A DNA stretch of 64,000 nt. Origin: Antedon mediterranea (taxonomy: Eukaryota; Animalia; Echinodermata). How positions within the stretch are numbered: position 1 is the first letter of the stretch; each line of letters begins with the position of its first letter. The DNA lies in contig NC_092679.1 in assembly GCF_964355755.1 (NCBI RefSeq), positions 11,825,432 to 11,889,431 of the forward strand. Reading direction: 5' to 3'. The position numbers were made by a program, and so were the translations under genes. This document shows, one piece after another, positions 13,001 to 24,289 of this stretch. The notes beneath the pieces are model-generated. The model did no database searches and was not told the origin of the DNA. It saw only the letters and a list, made by a program, of their open reading frames with translations.

Positions 13001-15149
13001 TATATATTCTGTTTTGGGTTTATTCAATTTCAATACATCCTTTGATCTTGTATTATATGTGCCTAGTTTGGGTGTAAATAGTTCATTTAGATATGGTGGT
13101 GCTTGATTATGGAATATTTTATATAAAATTTTGGCTATCCAGTTTAAGTTTTGCATGCTTTTCCTTGTTTTTTTGTAATAATTTTGGCTGCTCTGTTTAT
13201 GAGTTTGGTCAGTTTTTTAATCAGTTTGTTTTTTGTTGTTCTGAAGTTAAAAGATTTTTCTTCATTTGACAAAATTAAAGGACCAAACGTAGAATCAATA
13301 TTAGCTCACATTATTGATATTATGTAACGTTATTATAATAGGCTCACTGTTCAGCAAACTTTAAATGTTCCAAAAACAGAAAGTACTTTGAACAAATTTG
13401 CAAGGATTATGTTTGGTTAAGAAAATGTTCTAAATTCATATCATATAGTACAAAATATGTCTATCATTTAGAATTGATAAGCCGGCATTGAATGCTGATG
13501 TAATGAAGGTCATAAAAAATGTACCGGCATTTGCTCCCTTTCACCTCCGATGTCAAAGTTAATGAGTGATCTGGCAGTATTGGCACCATAGTACTTGTTA
13601 TCGGGAACTTGTAGATCTCCAAATCCATCTCTCTCAAATCGAAATGTTGTCTACGTTTTTAGATATAAACACAGAATTAGCATACTGTCATAAAAGGGCA
13701 TACCCTAATTAATTAATATGCATAATTTGTAAAAAATACAGTTTACCATACTTTTTGCAGTTGCTCAATATGCTTTAAAACATTTTTTAAAAAAAGGGCC
13801 ACATGAGTATCATGTATGTATGAAAATGGAGGATGCCCTTTTGTCCCCTGTAAGCGTGGTTCCCACTAGCGACGCAATGCAAGGACGTAACGCAACGCAA
13901 GTGAATTGACCAATCACGAGCGATGGCTTATTCGCTTGTGATTGCTAACTGTCTATAACTTCGCTTTTCATTGGTTAAAACGCTTGCGTTGCGTTTACGT
14001 TCTTGCGTTACGTTCTAGTGGGAACCAAGCTTAAGTCTCAATTGTTGGGGTGGTTGAAGACCTAATTTGCTTGAATGGGGGAGGGAGGAAAAATACCTTT
14101 TGTAATGCCAACAGTTAGCTAATCATAACGTGCAAAAGCCTGTCTCATTTCTATATCTAGTCAATACATTTTGTACATCCTGCATGCATACCTACCGAAG
14201 CAGTGGTCACTTTTTGTTTACTTTTCAAAAATTGATAGTGTCAACTTAACAATCGATTGATATGCGGACACATTTTCCAACTCTTTTCTCTAATCATTAA
14301 TTTTTTTTTTACATTCACAATGCGGACGCAATTATTTTACGGTTGATATATTTTTAGCAACGCATTTTCTTCATTCAAGTTCATGCACTCAGAAAAAGGC
14401 TAGTTTACTTTTTTTGGGGGGGGGGGGGGTATATAAAAGGGTATAAACTATATAAAGTAGGCCTACTAGTTGAAGTAGAAAGAAAGAACAATATTACCTA
14501 AAATGATTGTTATAGCAATAACTAAACACCACCAGACCAGATACCTACCAGAGCAACAAATCCTACTGCCAGAGAGCAGCCACCTGCTTGGAATTGTTAC
14601 AAATTGCAAATTTTAATTCTTTCAGAAACTGAATGGATGCGTTTGATCACCATATACAGTAACGACACGAACGCGTTCATCCGTGTCTATTGATTGTGTA
14701 TTGTATTTAGCGGTCAACTGTGAGGCGCTACCGATGCATTTGGTATCTGGTGGTGTTTAGTAGGACCGCTATAGGTGGTTCAGCCGGCTCTCTCTGTCGT
14801 CCGTGGTCCCGATCTTCTGTTCCCCCTCCTATCTAGCTCTCTAATATAACGGATACTAGGCCTAGCAAGCCTACTATTACTAACTAGGCCTAGGCTAGCC
14901 AGCTAGAGGCTAGACGTCCAGCTAGGCTAGGGAGCTAGTAGGGAGGCTTGCCCTAGTAGCTAGGCCTAGGTTCCAAATGTCTCCAGTTTTTAAACTAAGG
15001 ACACTTTTAAATAAAAATTACATCATTAAATATTACACTCTTTTACTATATATGCATACCATTTTTTGCGTTCGCGCACTTAAATTAGTCTGTCTGTTTA
15101 CACCTCGCAAAACACAAATCAAGAAGCGACGGGAGCCCGGCAAATTCAT
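7039..15149 (-). CDS. FH: Fumarate hydratase (class II fumarase), 493 aa. Exons: 15149-15060, 13650-13525, 12564-12454, 11995-11819, 11237-11082, 9388-9277, 8815-8735, 8330-8127, 7463-7039.
   Basis: Exon lengths sum to 1482 nt (494 codons including stop) with GT-AG junctions. Motifs: [44 protein letters not shown] and the signature [15 protein letters not shown]. Exon 1 encodes [30 protein letters not shown] (Arg-rich, no acidic residues), consistent with a mitochondrial presequence. The exon 1 assignment is less certain than the rest. Confidence 0.95.
9110..9235 (-). mobile_element. Degenerate tRNA-derived (CORE-like) SINE fragment in an FH intron
   Basis: Minus strand has a B-box-like GGGTTCAAGC followed by CCTGGAGCACAATCTTTATCCAC...CTAGGTGACAGAAATGGGTACCGG, resembling a widespread invertebrate SINE body. 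Family assignment is from memory. Confidence 0.45.
9722..10524. mobile_element. Non-autonomous TIR DNA transposon, ISL2EU/PHIS-like, in an FH intron
   Basis: TIRs AGACACGTTTCTCGCTCG and CGAGCGCGAAACGTGTCT (1 mismatch), flanked by AT on both sides (9720-9721, 10525-10526). Internal coding remnant [14 protein letters not shown]. Confidence 0.7.
12900..13250 (-). mobile_element. CR1/L2-type LINE 3' remnant in an FH intron
   Basis: Translation [16 protein letters not shown]...YNTRS...[15 protein letters not shown] is typical of CR1/L2 ORF2 C-termini. Confidence 0.65.
13852..14032. mobile_element. MITE (Harbinger/Tourist-like) in FH intron 1; degenerate relatives at ~27820-27875 and ~50485-50600
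   Basis: TIRs aagcgtggttcccactag.(a/g)acg.aa.gcaag.acgtaa.cgcaacgcaag and its reverse complement ending ctagtgggaaccaagctt; TAA/TTA context. Confidence 0.8.
14521..14761. mobile_element. MITE-like element in FH intron 1
   Basis: Inverted termini ACTAAACACCACCAGA(CCAGA)TACC and GGTATCTGGTGGTGTTTAGT; no clear TSD. Confidence 0.6.
14855..14972. repeat. Degenerate CTAG/TAGGCCTA low-complexity tract in FH intron 1
   Basis: Dense ctagg, cctag and gctag units. Confidence 0.75.
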
Positions 15150-15383
15150 CCCGAAATTGGCTCAGCTCTCCTCACCCCATCAGCGCGTGTACATTCCGTC
15201 AACTGTGGATATAGACCGTCAACAACCGTCGTTGTATTTTACATTAATTTATTTGAAATAAAGAAGTATATGATGTAACTTTGATAGGTTATGTTTATTT
15301 TATTTATTTACAATTCATTTAGTACTGTAGGCTGACAGTTACGGTGGCTGATTTCCGCCAAAGAAAACAATTATTTTATAATA

Positions 15384-15495
15384 TACGGCGTTATAACGCC
15401 GTAATTAGGGCGTTATAACGCCGTATTAATAGGGCGTTATAACGCCCTAATTTAGGGCATTATAACGCCGTAAATACGGCGTTATAACGCCCTAA
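15384..15495. repeat. Array of five 14-bp palindromes GGCGTTATAACGCC spaced 22-24 bp apart, upstream of FH
   Basis: Copies start at 15387, 15409, 15433, 15456 (1 mismatch) and 15478. Confidence 0.93.
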
Positions 15496-15522
15496 TAAAT
15501 ATACAATCTGTTTACACGCACA

Positions 15523-15585
15523 TGCGCATGCGTAGTACATCAACAAACCTCTCGGCGCATTCACAGGTTTTAGAAAGTCACGTGG
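15523..15585. promoter_or_regulatory. Candidate NRF1-like site (TGCGCATGCGTA, 15523-15534) and E-box (GTCACGTGG, 15577-15585) about 0.4 kb upstream of the FH start codon
   Basis: One mismatch to the NRF1 consensus TGCGCATGCGCA and a perfect CACGTG, upstream of a nuclear-encoded mitochondrial enzyme. Function is inferred only. Confidence 0.45.
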
Positions 15586-15624
15586 TACATTACTGGCCAT
15601 CTTTGTGTCCAACTATGCCTATTA

Positions 15625-18600
15625 TATTATTTGAAAACCCAAAAAACAATAATGCTAACGATAACCACTACGGGAAAAGAGCTACGGTACAATCTGATAC
15701 AGAAACACATGATGAAGTGTTTAGTATTGATGGAAGTAGTGAATCATCAGATGATGAAAATGTGCAGAAAGAAACAAGTGTGATCACTATAGAACAACAC
15801 ACAAACCAAAATGAGCAGGAAGATGATGACAGAGAGGAGCAGAGAGAAGAGCAGGAAGTGGACGAAAGAGAGGAGGAGGAAGTTGAAGAAGGAGAGGAAC
15901 AAGAAGTACCGGGAAGAAAGTACCAGAAAGCTGAAGAAAGAGAGGAGCAGGAAGTTGGGGTAAGAGAGGAGCATGAACAGAAGAAGGTAACTGACTACTT
16001 TGAAAAAAGTATGCAAAAAAGTAAAAGTGTTAGCACAAACAAGAAAGCAGCGAGAGATCTGAAGGAACAGTCCGGAAATGAAGGCAGGACAGAAGAAAAA
16101 ACAAAGAGTATTGGAAAAAGAAGTTTAAGAAAGAGAAACAAAAACAAGTAATTTAATCTTAATAATATGTATTCCAAATATTGTAATTTCCCTAGGAAGC
16201 TCTTTACTCTAATCTTTATGAATTTACATTGTATAACACTAAACGTTAGAGGAGCTAGAAATATAAATAAGCAACATAAGCTATTCCAATGGGTAAAAGA
16301 TCAAAAAGCGGATATATGTCTGCTTCAGGAAACCCATCTAACAAATGAGATTATTAATAAATCAAACTTTGTTTGGGAAGGTGAAGCGATCCATAGTATA
16401 GGTAATTCACATAGTAGAGGAGTGTCGATACTATTACGAAAAGGTCTTGAATGCAAAATTGTTAAAAAGTTAACTGATATTGATGGAAGATATATATTTC
16501 TTAATTTAATGATAAATGAAAAGGAATTGGACATTATAAATATTTATGCTCCTAATGAAAGCAAAAATAGAAGTGCATTCTTTAGGACCATACACAAATG
16601 TTACAATGACTTTGATGGAGGGAAGGGTAATTCTATCATTCTAGGTGGAGATCTGAATTGCATTGACCAAAAAGGTAGCGCAAATAGGTCTGATAAATCT
16701 GTTTTTACGATTAAAAACCTAATGAAAAATTTAAATTTTATTTGAAATATATATTTTTTTATTGAAATATATATTTATACTGGGTAACCACTTCAGTCAA
16801 TGACTGGTCTCCCAGAGGGCCCAGTTGGTGATCAGTGGCCGTGATGTACTAATACACCGTGGTAACCCCCTACTCGTCTCGAAAGATGTACTAGGTTCTT
16901 TAAAGTGCACACGAGCTAGATGTGTACACTGGACCTACGGTTTATAGTCCTTATCCGAGAAGACTCGTTCTACCACCAGAACCATGGAGTGAGTGAGCCT
17001 CGAACCCCTGCAGTTGTTATGGCTAGGTAATTACGGTTCCACTGTCTTAACCGCTCGGCCACTCACTTTGGAGATCCAAAAACATGAATAAGCGACAATT
17101 TACGTGGCGTAAGAGATTTAACAACATTTTCCGTAGGCTGGATTACTGGTTAATATCAGAAGATCTCTTTTCAAATGGAGATGCTTTAGCCTGTGACATT
17201 CGTCCAGCTATTCTCACAGATCACCAGGCGGTATCAATTAAAATAGATTTGCATGAAAAAAAACGCGGTCCTGGTTTATGGATGTTCAACAATAGCTTTC
17301 TGAAAGATGAAACATTTACAAAATTAGTGATTAAAATAATTGATGTTTCAATACTAAAAAATAATAGAGAACCTGTAAGTGCAAGTTTGTTATGGGAGCT
17401 TGTAAAAACAAAAATAAAAGAATTTTCAATTGCATACGGAAAACAAAAAAATAAAAACCAGAATAAAAAGAAAGAAAAATTACAAAAACAAATAAAAAAC
17501 TTAAATGAAACAATTATGAATACTCAAAATTGTGATATAACCATTGAAAATAAAATTGAAAACAAAAAAATAGAGCTTGAAAACATTTATAATGTAGAAG
17601 CAAAAGGCGCGCAAATTAGGTCCAGAGTAAAATGGATAGAGGAAGGCGAGCGGAATACAAAATACTTTCTAGGGTTAGAAAGATCCAAAAGTAAAAAGAA
17701 ACACATAAAAAGTTTAATTACTAAAGATGGGAGCTTAGCAACAAGCCCAATTGATATTTTAAAGGAACAAATACAACATTTCGAAGGTTTATACGCAAAA
17801 AATGTTATAAACCCTGGAAAAATTAATAAATACCTTTGTAATTCTATTATAAACAAGCTTTCAGAAATAGAAAAAGAAAATTGTGAAGGTTACGTCACTA
17901 TTGATGAATGTAAAAAGGCCATTTCAATGATGGAAAAAAATAAAACACCTGGATCGGATGGTCTAAGTGTTGAATTTTATGTGTTCTTTTGGAATAATAT
18001 TAAACATTTAATTTGCGATGCGTTAAATGAAAGTTATAATTCTCAAGAATTATCCTTTTCGCAAAAACGAGGTGTAATCACCCTTTTGTTCAAGGATGGA
18101 GAAAGAGAAAATTTGAATAATTGGCGTCCCATTACCCTCTTAAACACCGATTACAAAATTCTTGCACATGTATTGAGTAACAGACTTAAAATGGTTATTA
18201 AATCAATAGTAAGTTCAGACCAAAAAGGTTATATAAAAGGCCGTTTCGCTGGTGAAAACATTCGGTTAATAGAAGACCTGCTTTATTATACAGAGTGTAA
18301 TGATATCGAAGGTGCAATAATTACCGTAGATTTTAAGAAGGCTTTTGACTCTATTAGTAGAGATTTTATGTTCAATGTTCTAGAAAAGTTTAACTTTGGA
18401 ATGTTCTTTTGTAACTGGGTAAAAGTATTATACAATAACGTTGAATGTGTCACAGTTAACAATGGTTGGGTTTCAAACAATTTTAAAATGGAAAGAGGTA
18501 TTAGACAAGGTTGTCCTCTATCTGCTCTGTTATTCATTTTAGTGGTTGAAGTAATGGCATCTAGAATAAGAAACAAAGATGACTATAAGGGTATTAAACT

Positions 18601-20657
18601 TCCAAATAATGAAAATAACATAGAAGCTAGAATAAGCCAATTAGCCGATGATACGGTTTTGTATGTTGGTAATGACAAAAGTATTAAGTCAGCAGTCAGT
18701 GTAATTGAACGTTTTTGTGAAGTATCTGGAATGACACTAAATAAAAAAAAAACCAATGCTTTTGGATTGGTAAATGGAAGAACAGAATAGATAGACCTTT
18801 AGAATTAAATTGGGTAAAACATCCGATCAAAATTTTAGGCATATATGTAGGGTATAATACAGAAGAATGTACCAGAAAAAACTGGGATGTTAAATTAATA
18901 GAAAAGTCTAGTCTAGAAAAGACTTTAAAACAATGGAATGCTAGAAATCTCTCAATTTTTGGTAGAATAATAATCCTGAAAAGTCTTGCACTATCTAAAT
19001 TAACATATGCTGCAAATATCACTGATGTTCCAAAATATGTATATACACAAGTTACAAATCTAATATATAATTTTATTTGGAACAATAAAAGGGAAAAGAT
19101 AAAAAGAAAAACTCTAATTGGTGATGTTGAGATGGGAGGCATTAAAATGCCTGATTTTACTCTTCATGTTAACGCACTCATGTGTGGCTGGTTAAAAAGA
19201 ATTATGAATGATGATGGTGCTAAATGGAAAAATATTCCAATGTATTATATTAAAAAAATATGTGATGTTAATGTTTTACTTAATATGTCATGTTATAACA
19301 TTATTGATGTTAATTCTGATAAAATTCCACTGTTTTACAAAAATATGATAAAAGCCTACATAATTATAACAGAATCTCTAAAAAAAAAACCCTGAAACTT
19401 ATAACGATATAATGAATGAGCAACTGTGGGGAAACCACTACGTTAAACTAAAAAAAAATCGCTTTTCTACAAGCATTGGATTGACAGTGGCATTATCAGT
19501 ATTAAAGACATTGTTAATAAGAACACTTTTTTAACATCAAACGAAATACTGGTGAAACTACAATGTAAAACAAACTGGTTAAATGAGTATTTGTGCATTA
19601 TTAAGGCAATACCAATTCAATGGAAAAATATTATTAAGGAGGTAGATATTTTCAATTGTGATGATAATGATGAATTAGTTGGGACCAAGTATGAGATTAA
19701 TACTACCAAACTAATATACTCATGGTTTGTGAAAGAATATTTCATTATTCCAATGTCACAACTAAAATGGGAAGAGTACTTCAATGATAACAACATTGAT
19801 TGGAAAACTTCTTGGTTACGGAAAGTATGTAAAATGAAAGATAAGAAACTATATCACAATTCAATTATAAGATGTTACATAGAATACTGCCTACCAACAA
19901 ACGGCTGTATCAGTGGAAAGTTAAGGAAACACAAACGTGTGACAAATGTGGAGAAATTGAAAATGAAAATCATTTGTTTTTTAGTTGTAGATTTATTCAG
20001 AAATATTGGAGGAAAATGCTTAGTATCTTTGTAAGTTTAAATCACAATAATATATCATTTAAACAATTAATACTAGGAACGGGAGATAAGCTAATAGATT
20101 ATATTTACACTTTTGCAGCATTTACTATTTATAGAATAAAAATGTTATCTGCACTAAATAAGCCAGTGGGTAAATCTTTATGGAATTCATTTAAAAGCAA
20201 TATGTTATATAACATTGAATGTGAAACATATAACAATAAAGAAACAAGTATAGAAAAATGGGTAGCTTTAAGAAATAAGATTATGATAATATAATTTCTA
20301 ATTTGATACGATTAACCGAAAAAGAATTACAGTGATACGGGTTACTGGTGGTACTGAGCTATTATTGTTTTTTTTTTATCATGTATATAAATATATTGTA
20401 TAATCCGGGTTGTAAAATGAAAACAAACAAATGAAAATGTGTGAACTATTCTAAAACGGGATAGATGATAATGATGATCCTGTCAAGTGTATAACAAAAT
20501 ATAAGAAAATTAATGAAAAAAGGAGTAATACAGAATTCATATATGTAAAAATGAACTGTAACGACATTTACAAGTTAAATAATACGATTTTATGTAATAT
20601 GAGATAATATGAATGTGAATAAAAGTGGTGTTTGCGCCACAAAAGAGAAAAAAAAAA
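15625..20657 (+). mobile_element. 5'-truncated L1/Tx1-clade non-LTR retrotransposon: ORF1 C-terminus (to 16151), ORF2 with APE endonuclease, RT and C-terminal Cys motif (~16218-20294, broken by a SINE and frameshifts), 3' UTR and poly(A)
   Basis: EN motifs TLNVRG, LQETH, NIYAPN, GGDLN, RLDYW, TDH. RT motifs PGSDG, WRPITLLNTDYK, DFKKAFDS, GIRQGCPLS, QLADD. C-terminal CDKC...ENENH. AATAAA plus A-tail at ~20618-20659. Exact 14-bp TSD AACTATGCCTATTA at 15611-15624 and 20658-20671. Confidence 0.93.
16742..17067 (-). mobile_element. tRNA-derived SINE with Deu/Nin-like core, inserted into the endonuclease domain of the L1/Tx1 ORF2
   Basis: Minus strand has A box TGGCCGAGCGGTTAAG, B box GGTTCGAGGC and core TCGGATAAGGACTATAAACCGTAGGTCC...TAAAGAACC...GAGTAGGGGGTTACC. 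ORF2 reads ...NLNFI before the insert and WRSKNMNKRQFTW after it. Confidence 0.85.
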
Positions 20658-20719
20658 AACTATGCCTATTAGTATATTCTTTAATCCATGGTATAAGTCT
20701 TTGATTACGGACTGAAATA

Positions 20720-21120
20720 GTCGTCAATTACACATTACTAACAATGATTTAGGATCATCAGCTAACTTAATTTTCTTGCTTTTTTACAACTAAAACGCAA
20801 CAAAGCCGGACAGGAATGTATCTCCTACCAAGGAATACATATTTGGAATAATTTAACAGATTATATAAAACAATCCCCCACTTTAAGTTTGTTTAAACAG
20901 AGATTAAAGCAACATTACCGTATAACAATAGAAATATTTAAGTTAAGTAAATCACATTATGTCATTTTGGTTTATTCTTTTTTTTTTGTACTAATGTTTG
21001 CTATTTTTTTTGTTAGGGTTACATGTTTAAAGCACTTGTGCTTATTTTGTATCCCATTCCATTATCATATTATTTGTATAGTATTTGTATATGTTTTTAT
21101 ATTGATTATGGAATAAAATA
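20720..21120 (+). mobile_element. CR1/L2-type LINE 3' remnant
   Basis: NKAGQECISYQGIHIWNNLTDYIKQSPTLSLFKQRLKQHY, followed by a T-rich UTR and AATAAA. Confidence 0.65.
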
Positions 21121-22546
21121 ATGTCGATTATTGAAAAACTGCTATAAACGAAATATGAACTTGCTTTTTTATATAATATATTGATTAGTTAATTCAGTAT
21201 ACGATAAAACAACTGATTATTTGTGTAGACACATTTTTATTTCACAATTATTAAAATTAATTTTTATTGAACGAGAATTGAATTAGAATAGGCCTATAGT
21301 ATACGCAGGCCTGTTGTGTTTATTCCTAAAATGGGCCACGTATTGTATGTCTTAAGTCCTACATTTCTGCACGACAACTAAAGTTTGTATGAAAAGAAAT
21401 TACACATATTATTCGATAATTCTATTGACATTGCTTCAGTTCAATAAATAATGTTAATCTGGCTTTTGGTTTCCGGGCAGATTCATCATCAATTAAAGGC
21501 CACAACATCATTCCCGTCATGCTTGAGGTAAAACATTGTTGAAGTTATCATTGAATTTGTATTTCAGTGGCCGAAATGACATACTTTCATCCTAAAATTG
21601 CTTTGATGGATGAGTTTTTGGCATTGATGAAAAAAATTACAATATTAAGAATAAATAAAAGAACACATAAAAAAGACATTTTTTACTGTGGAAACACAAC
21701 GTAGCTGCTCTAGAAAGCTCAAGGCCCAGTGATCGGCTACTGGCCCGTCCCCCTAAATCATGGTTGCTGCGACTCAAACAAGATCATAGGCGTATACTGG
21801 TTATTGTATAGGCCTAAGAGGAATACATTTTAAAAAGTCGAAATATGGTTAGACTCAACAGAACTAGTGATGGTCAATGTAATCAATTACTTTGTATAAT
21901 AGTAGCTTCCATTCATGTTTTTTTTAAATGTAATCAATATCTCTTCATTATGGCAACCCGAATGCAATTCTCTCTGAGAAGTGAATTCAGAACGATTTTG
22001 ACGGAGTTTTTAAACTATAGGTTGCAGTATTGTCATTTTTTCAAAAGACTATCTAAATAATCTCATAAAAATCCTACAATGCAGTAAACACAATTGTAGG
22101 TCTTGGTCTTACACTATAAAAACAGAATTTTGATGTATTCAAGCAATACAACTTTCCAAAGCGGTTCTGTATTTTTTTTAAAGTTTCTTTATGTATTATT
22201 ACAATCAAATTATGCAGTTCAGCAATCAGGAATTCAATTTCATTTAATAGAATAATAGTTTCTTTACAATTTCTTTCGATCTCACAGCTTCATGTTATTC
22301 GTTGACTAGCCACACGACCAGTCACATTTCTTACAGTTTTTAGAAATCTTATCGTATAGTCAAGATCCACACTATATCATATCTCTTTAGATTGCTATCG
22401 TCGTTAAATCTCTGACGACGATGGTTGGATGTTTAATGGTTTTTGAACACTTTTGTAGTGTCATAAATGGTCACCACTTCCATCATTCCACGTACTCTTC
22501 TCTTCATGTGTAGCAATATATCAAAGACACGATGTTAATTAATTGG

Positions 22547-23476
22547 TCAATTAATGTTAATGTTGACATCAGAACTTACAGTATTGATGGATCGATCATG
22601 TGAAACTTTTTCAACCTGAATCTTCATGCAATGCAGTAACTCCATGCGAAATTGAGCCAACGATAACGTGTAGATTATAGGGTTCAAAACAAAGTTTAAA
22701 ACTGATATGTCTAAAGTTATCAGAAAAATGTTTGATCCGATATTAATATTTCCATAAATAGAGATAAGCGTGAGGAGAAGTATCGGCACAAAACAGAGAA
22801 CATATGCAGTACTTACTGCTAAAAACACTTTCAGGGTTTTGGCATGGATTGATGGTGGTGAGGGTTGTGTCTCCGGGGACGACACAGACCTCTGGTTTAC
22901 TAGGCGTTCGTATAGAATGCTACCATATACAAAAGTCATTGTTATTAAAGTTGACAGAAATAACAGCAGGAAGCAGGCAGCTGATATGGGGTATAATATT
23001 GTTAAGTCTGTAATTCCACATTCTACTTCGGTTTCACCTGGAATTGGAACATATACTGGTGCCTGTGGATTTAAAAGAAAACCAATTATCCATGAGGATA
23101 AAATCATTAAAAGAGTTCGTTTCGACGTGTAGTTAACTTCAAACCAAAATGGCTTCATGATAGCGAAGTATCTTTCTATCGTAATAAACAGTAGATTTAC
23201 AGTAGAAACTGCAGATATACTCCAGTTGATGCTAAAAAGTTTGCAATATATATGTAAGCCAGATGTGTCAATAAGTAAAATATGCAGACAGAAAACCAAA
23301 CATCCTGTTGCATCAATAAATGATTGATTGAAAATAAACCATCGCGTACTCTGGCGCATTGATGTCACCCTGTTGATGACGAAAAGCACAAGGATATTTA
23401 GAATGAAACCAATGCCAGAGAAGCCGCATCCGATGTTAACGGTAACCCAACTTGCGTCCGTCAAATTCAAATCCAT
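22547..23476 (-). CDS. Intronless rhodopsin-family (class A) GPCR, 309 aa, ligand unknown
   Basis: Single ORF with seven hydrophobic segments, N-terminal sequon NLT, TM1 Asn (ILNILV), TM2 Asp (NQSFID), ITIERYFAI (E/DRY), TM4 Trp, CFVP (CWxP-like), NPIIY (NPxxY) and a helix-8-like FRMEL. Confidence 0.88.
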   Translation of the reverse strand: MDLNLTDASWVTVNIGCGFSGIGFILNILVLFVINRVTSMRQSTRWFIFNQSFIDATGCLVFCLHILLIDTSGLHIYCKLFSINWSISAVSTVNLLFITIERYFAIMKPFWFEVNYTSKRTLLMILSSWIIGFLLNPQAPVYVPIPGETEVECGITDLTILYPISAACFLLLFLSTLITMTFVYGSILYERLVNQRSVSSPETQPSPPSIHAKTLKVFLAVSTAYVLCFVPILLLTLISIYGNINIGSNIFLITLDISVLNFVLNPIIYTLSLAQFRMELLHCMKIQVEKVSHDRSINTVSSDVNININ

Positions 23477-24289
23477 TTTCAGATGTCAGGAAAAACGAAA
23501 TCGTGTTCATGTATTATTTTTGCATTGAATAGAAAATAGTTTAAAATGGTAATGGTGCTACTGGCCAATCACAATATCCGCATTTGTTTTACCCTACGGG
23601 GTTTTTAATCATCATCATACGATGAATATCAATTTGTGTGATTACTTCACATTAGGATATGCGTAATTTGCCGAAATGATGATCAATAAGTAACACACAG
23701 CAGCTGCAGTAATCTTCTTCTTTACTTTATTAGGCCTATGTGTTAGTTAAATTTTTGGAAAATCAGCTCCGTATTGGTTAGAACGGCCGCCGGTAGTGCC
23801 GGCCGGTAACCTCACACTTCGTTACTACTTGCATTAGAGTTTTTTCTAGACGCCCAGAGATAGCATCTGATGATGCGTTTTGGCCGGTCGGTTTTTTTAT
23901 AAAAAAATTATCTTAATATAGTGGTTTTTATAGAACATAATAATAACAACTTTATTTTAAAACGGATGCAACTCTATTTTTTACAAGGCCGTTACTTACT
24001 ATAAAACTATTTATACAAGTTTCATTTACAGTACATATGACTAAAAAACTATCCAAAAAGAGACACAACTGATACAATAAAAAAAAAAAAAAATGATTTC
24101 ATGAAAAACATAGAGTTTCAAATATATCTTTGGTTATATATGTATATAAAAATATAAAAAAATCAATCAGAGTTTTATTTTGTTTTGTTATCCTTGTCGG
24201 TTCAGTTATAATTTGTGTTAGAAAATGGTTATTAGCTATATCCATTTTTATTGTGTATAACAAGTAGGGTTTTGTGAAAGTGTGTCACA

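Noticed and set aside
13745-13772. ATG/gtaaac in FH intron 1 as a possible Met-only first coding exon
   Set aside because: The exon at 15149-15060 supplies a full presequence ending in Met in the correct phase. This site cannot be supported without transcripts.
15384-15495. Palindrome array as a CRISPR-like locus
   Set aside because: Spacers are only 8-10 nt and near-identical, no cas genes are present, and the context is eukaryotic.
16995-17067. tRNA gene
   Set aside because: A/B boxes are present, but the sequence continues into a SINE core shared with other copies and I could not fold a convincing cloverleaf.
23865-23900. CTGATGA as a hammerhead core
   Set aside because: No downstream stem II or GAAA.
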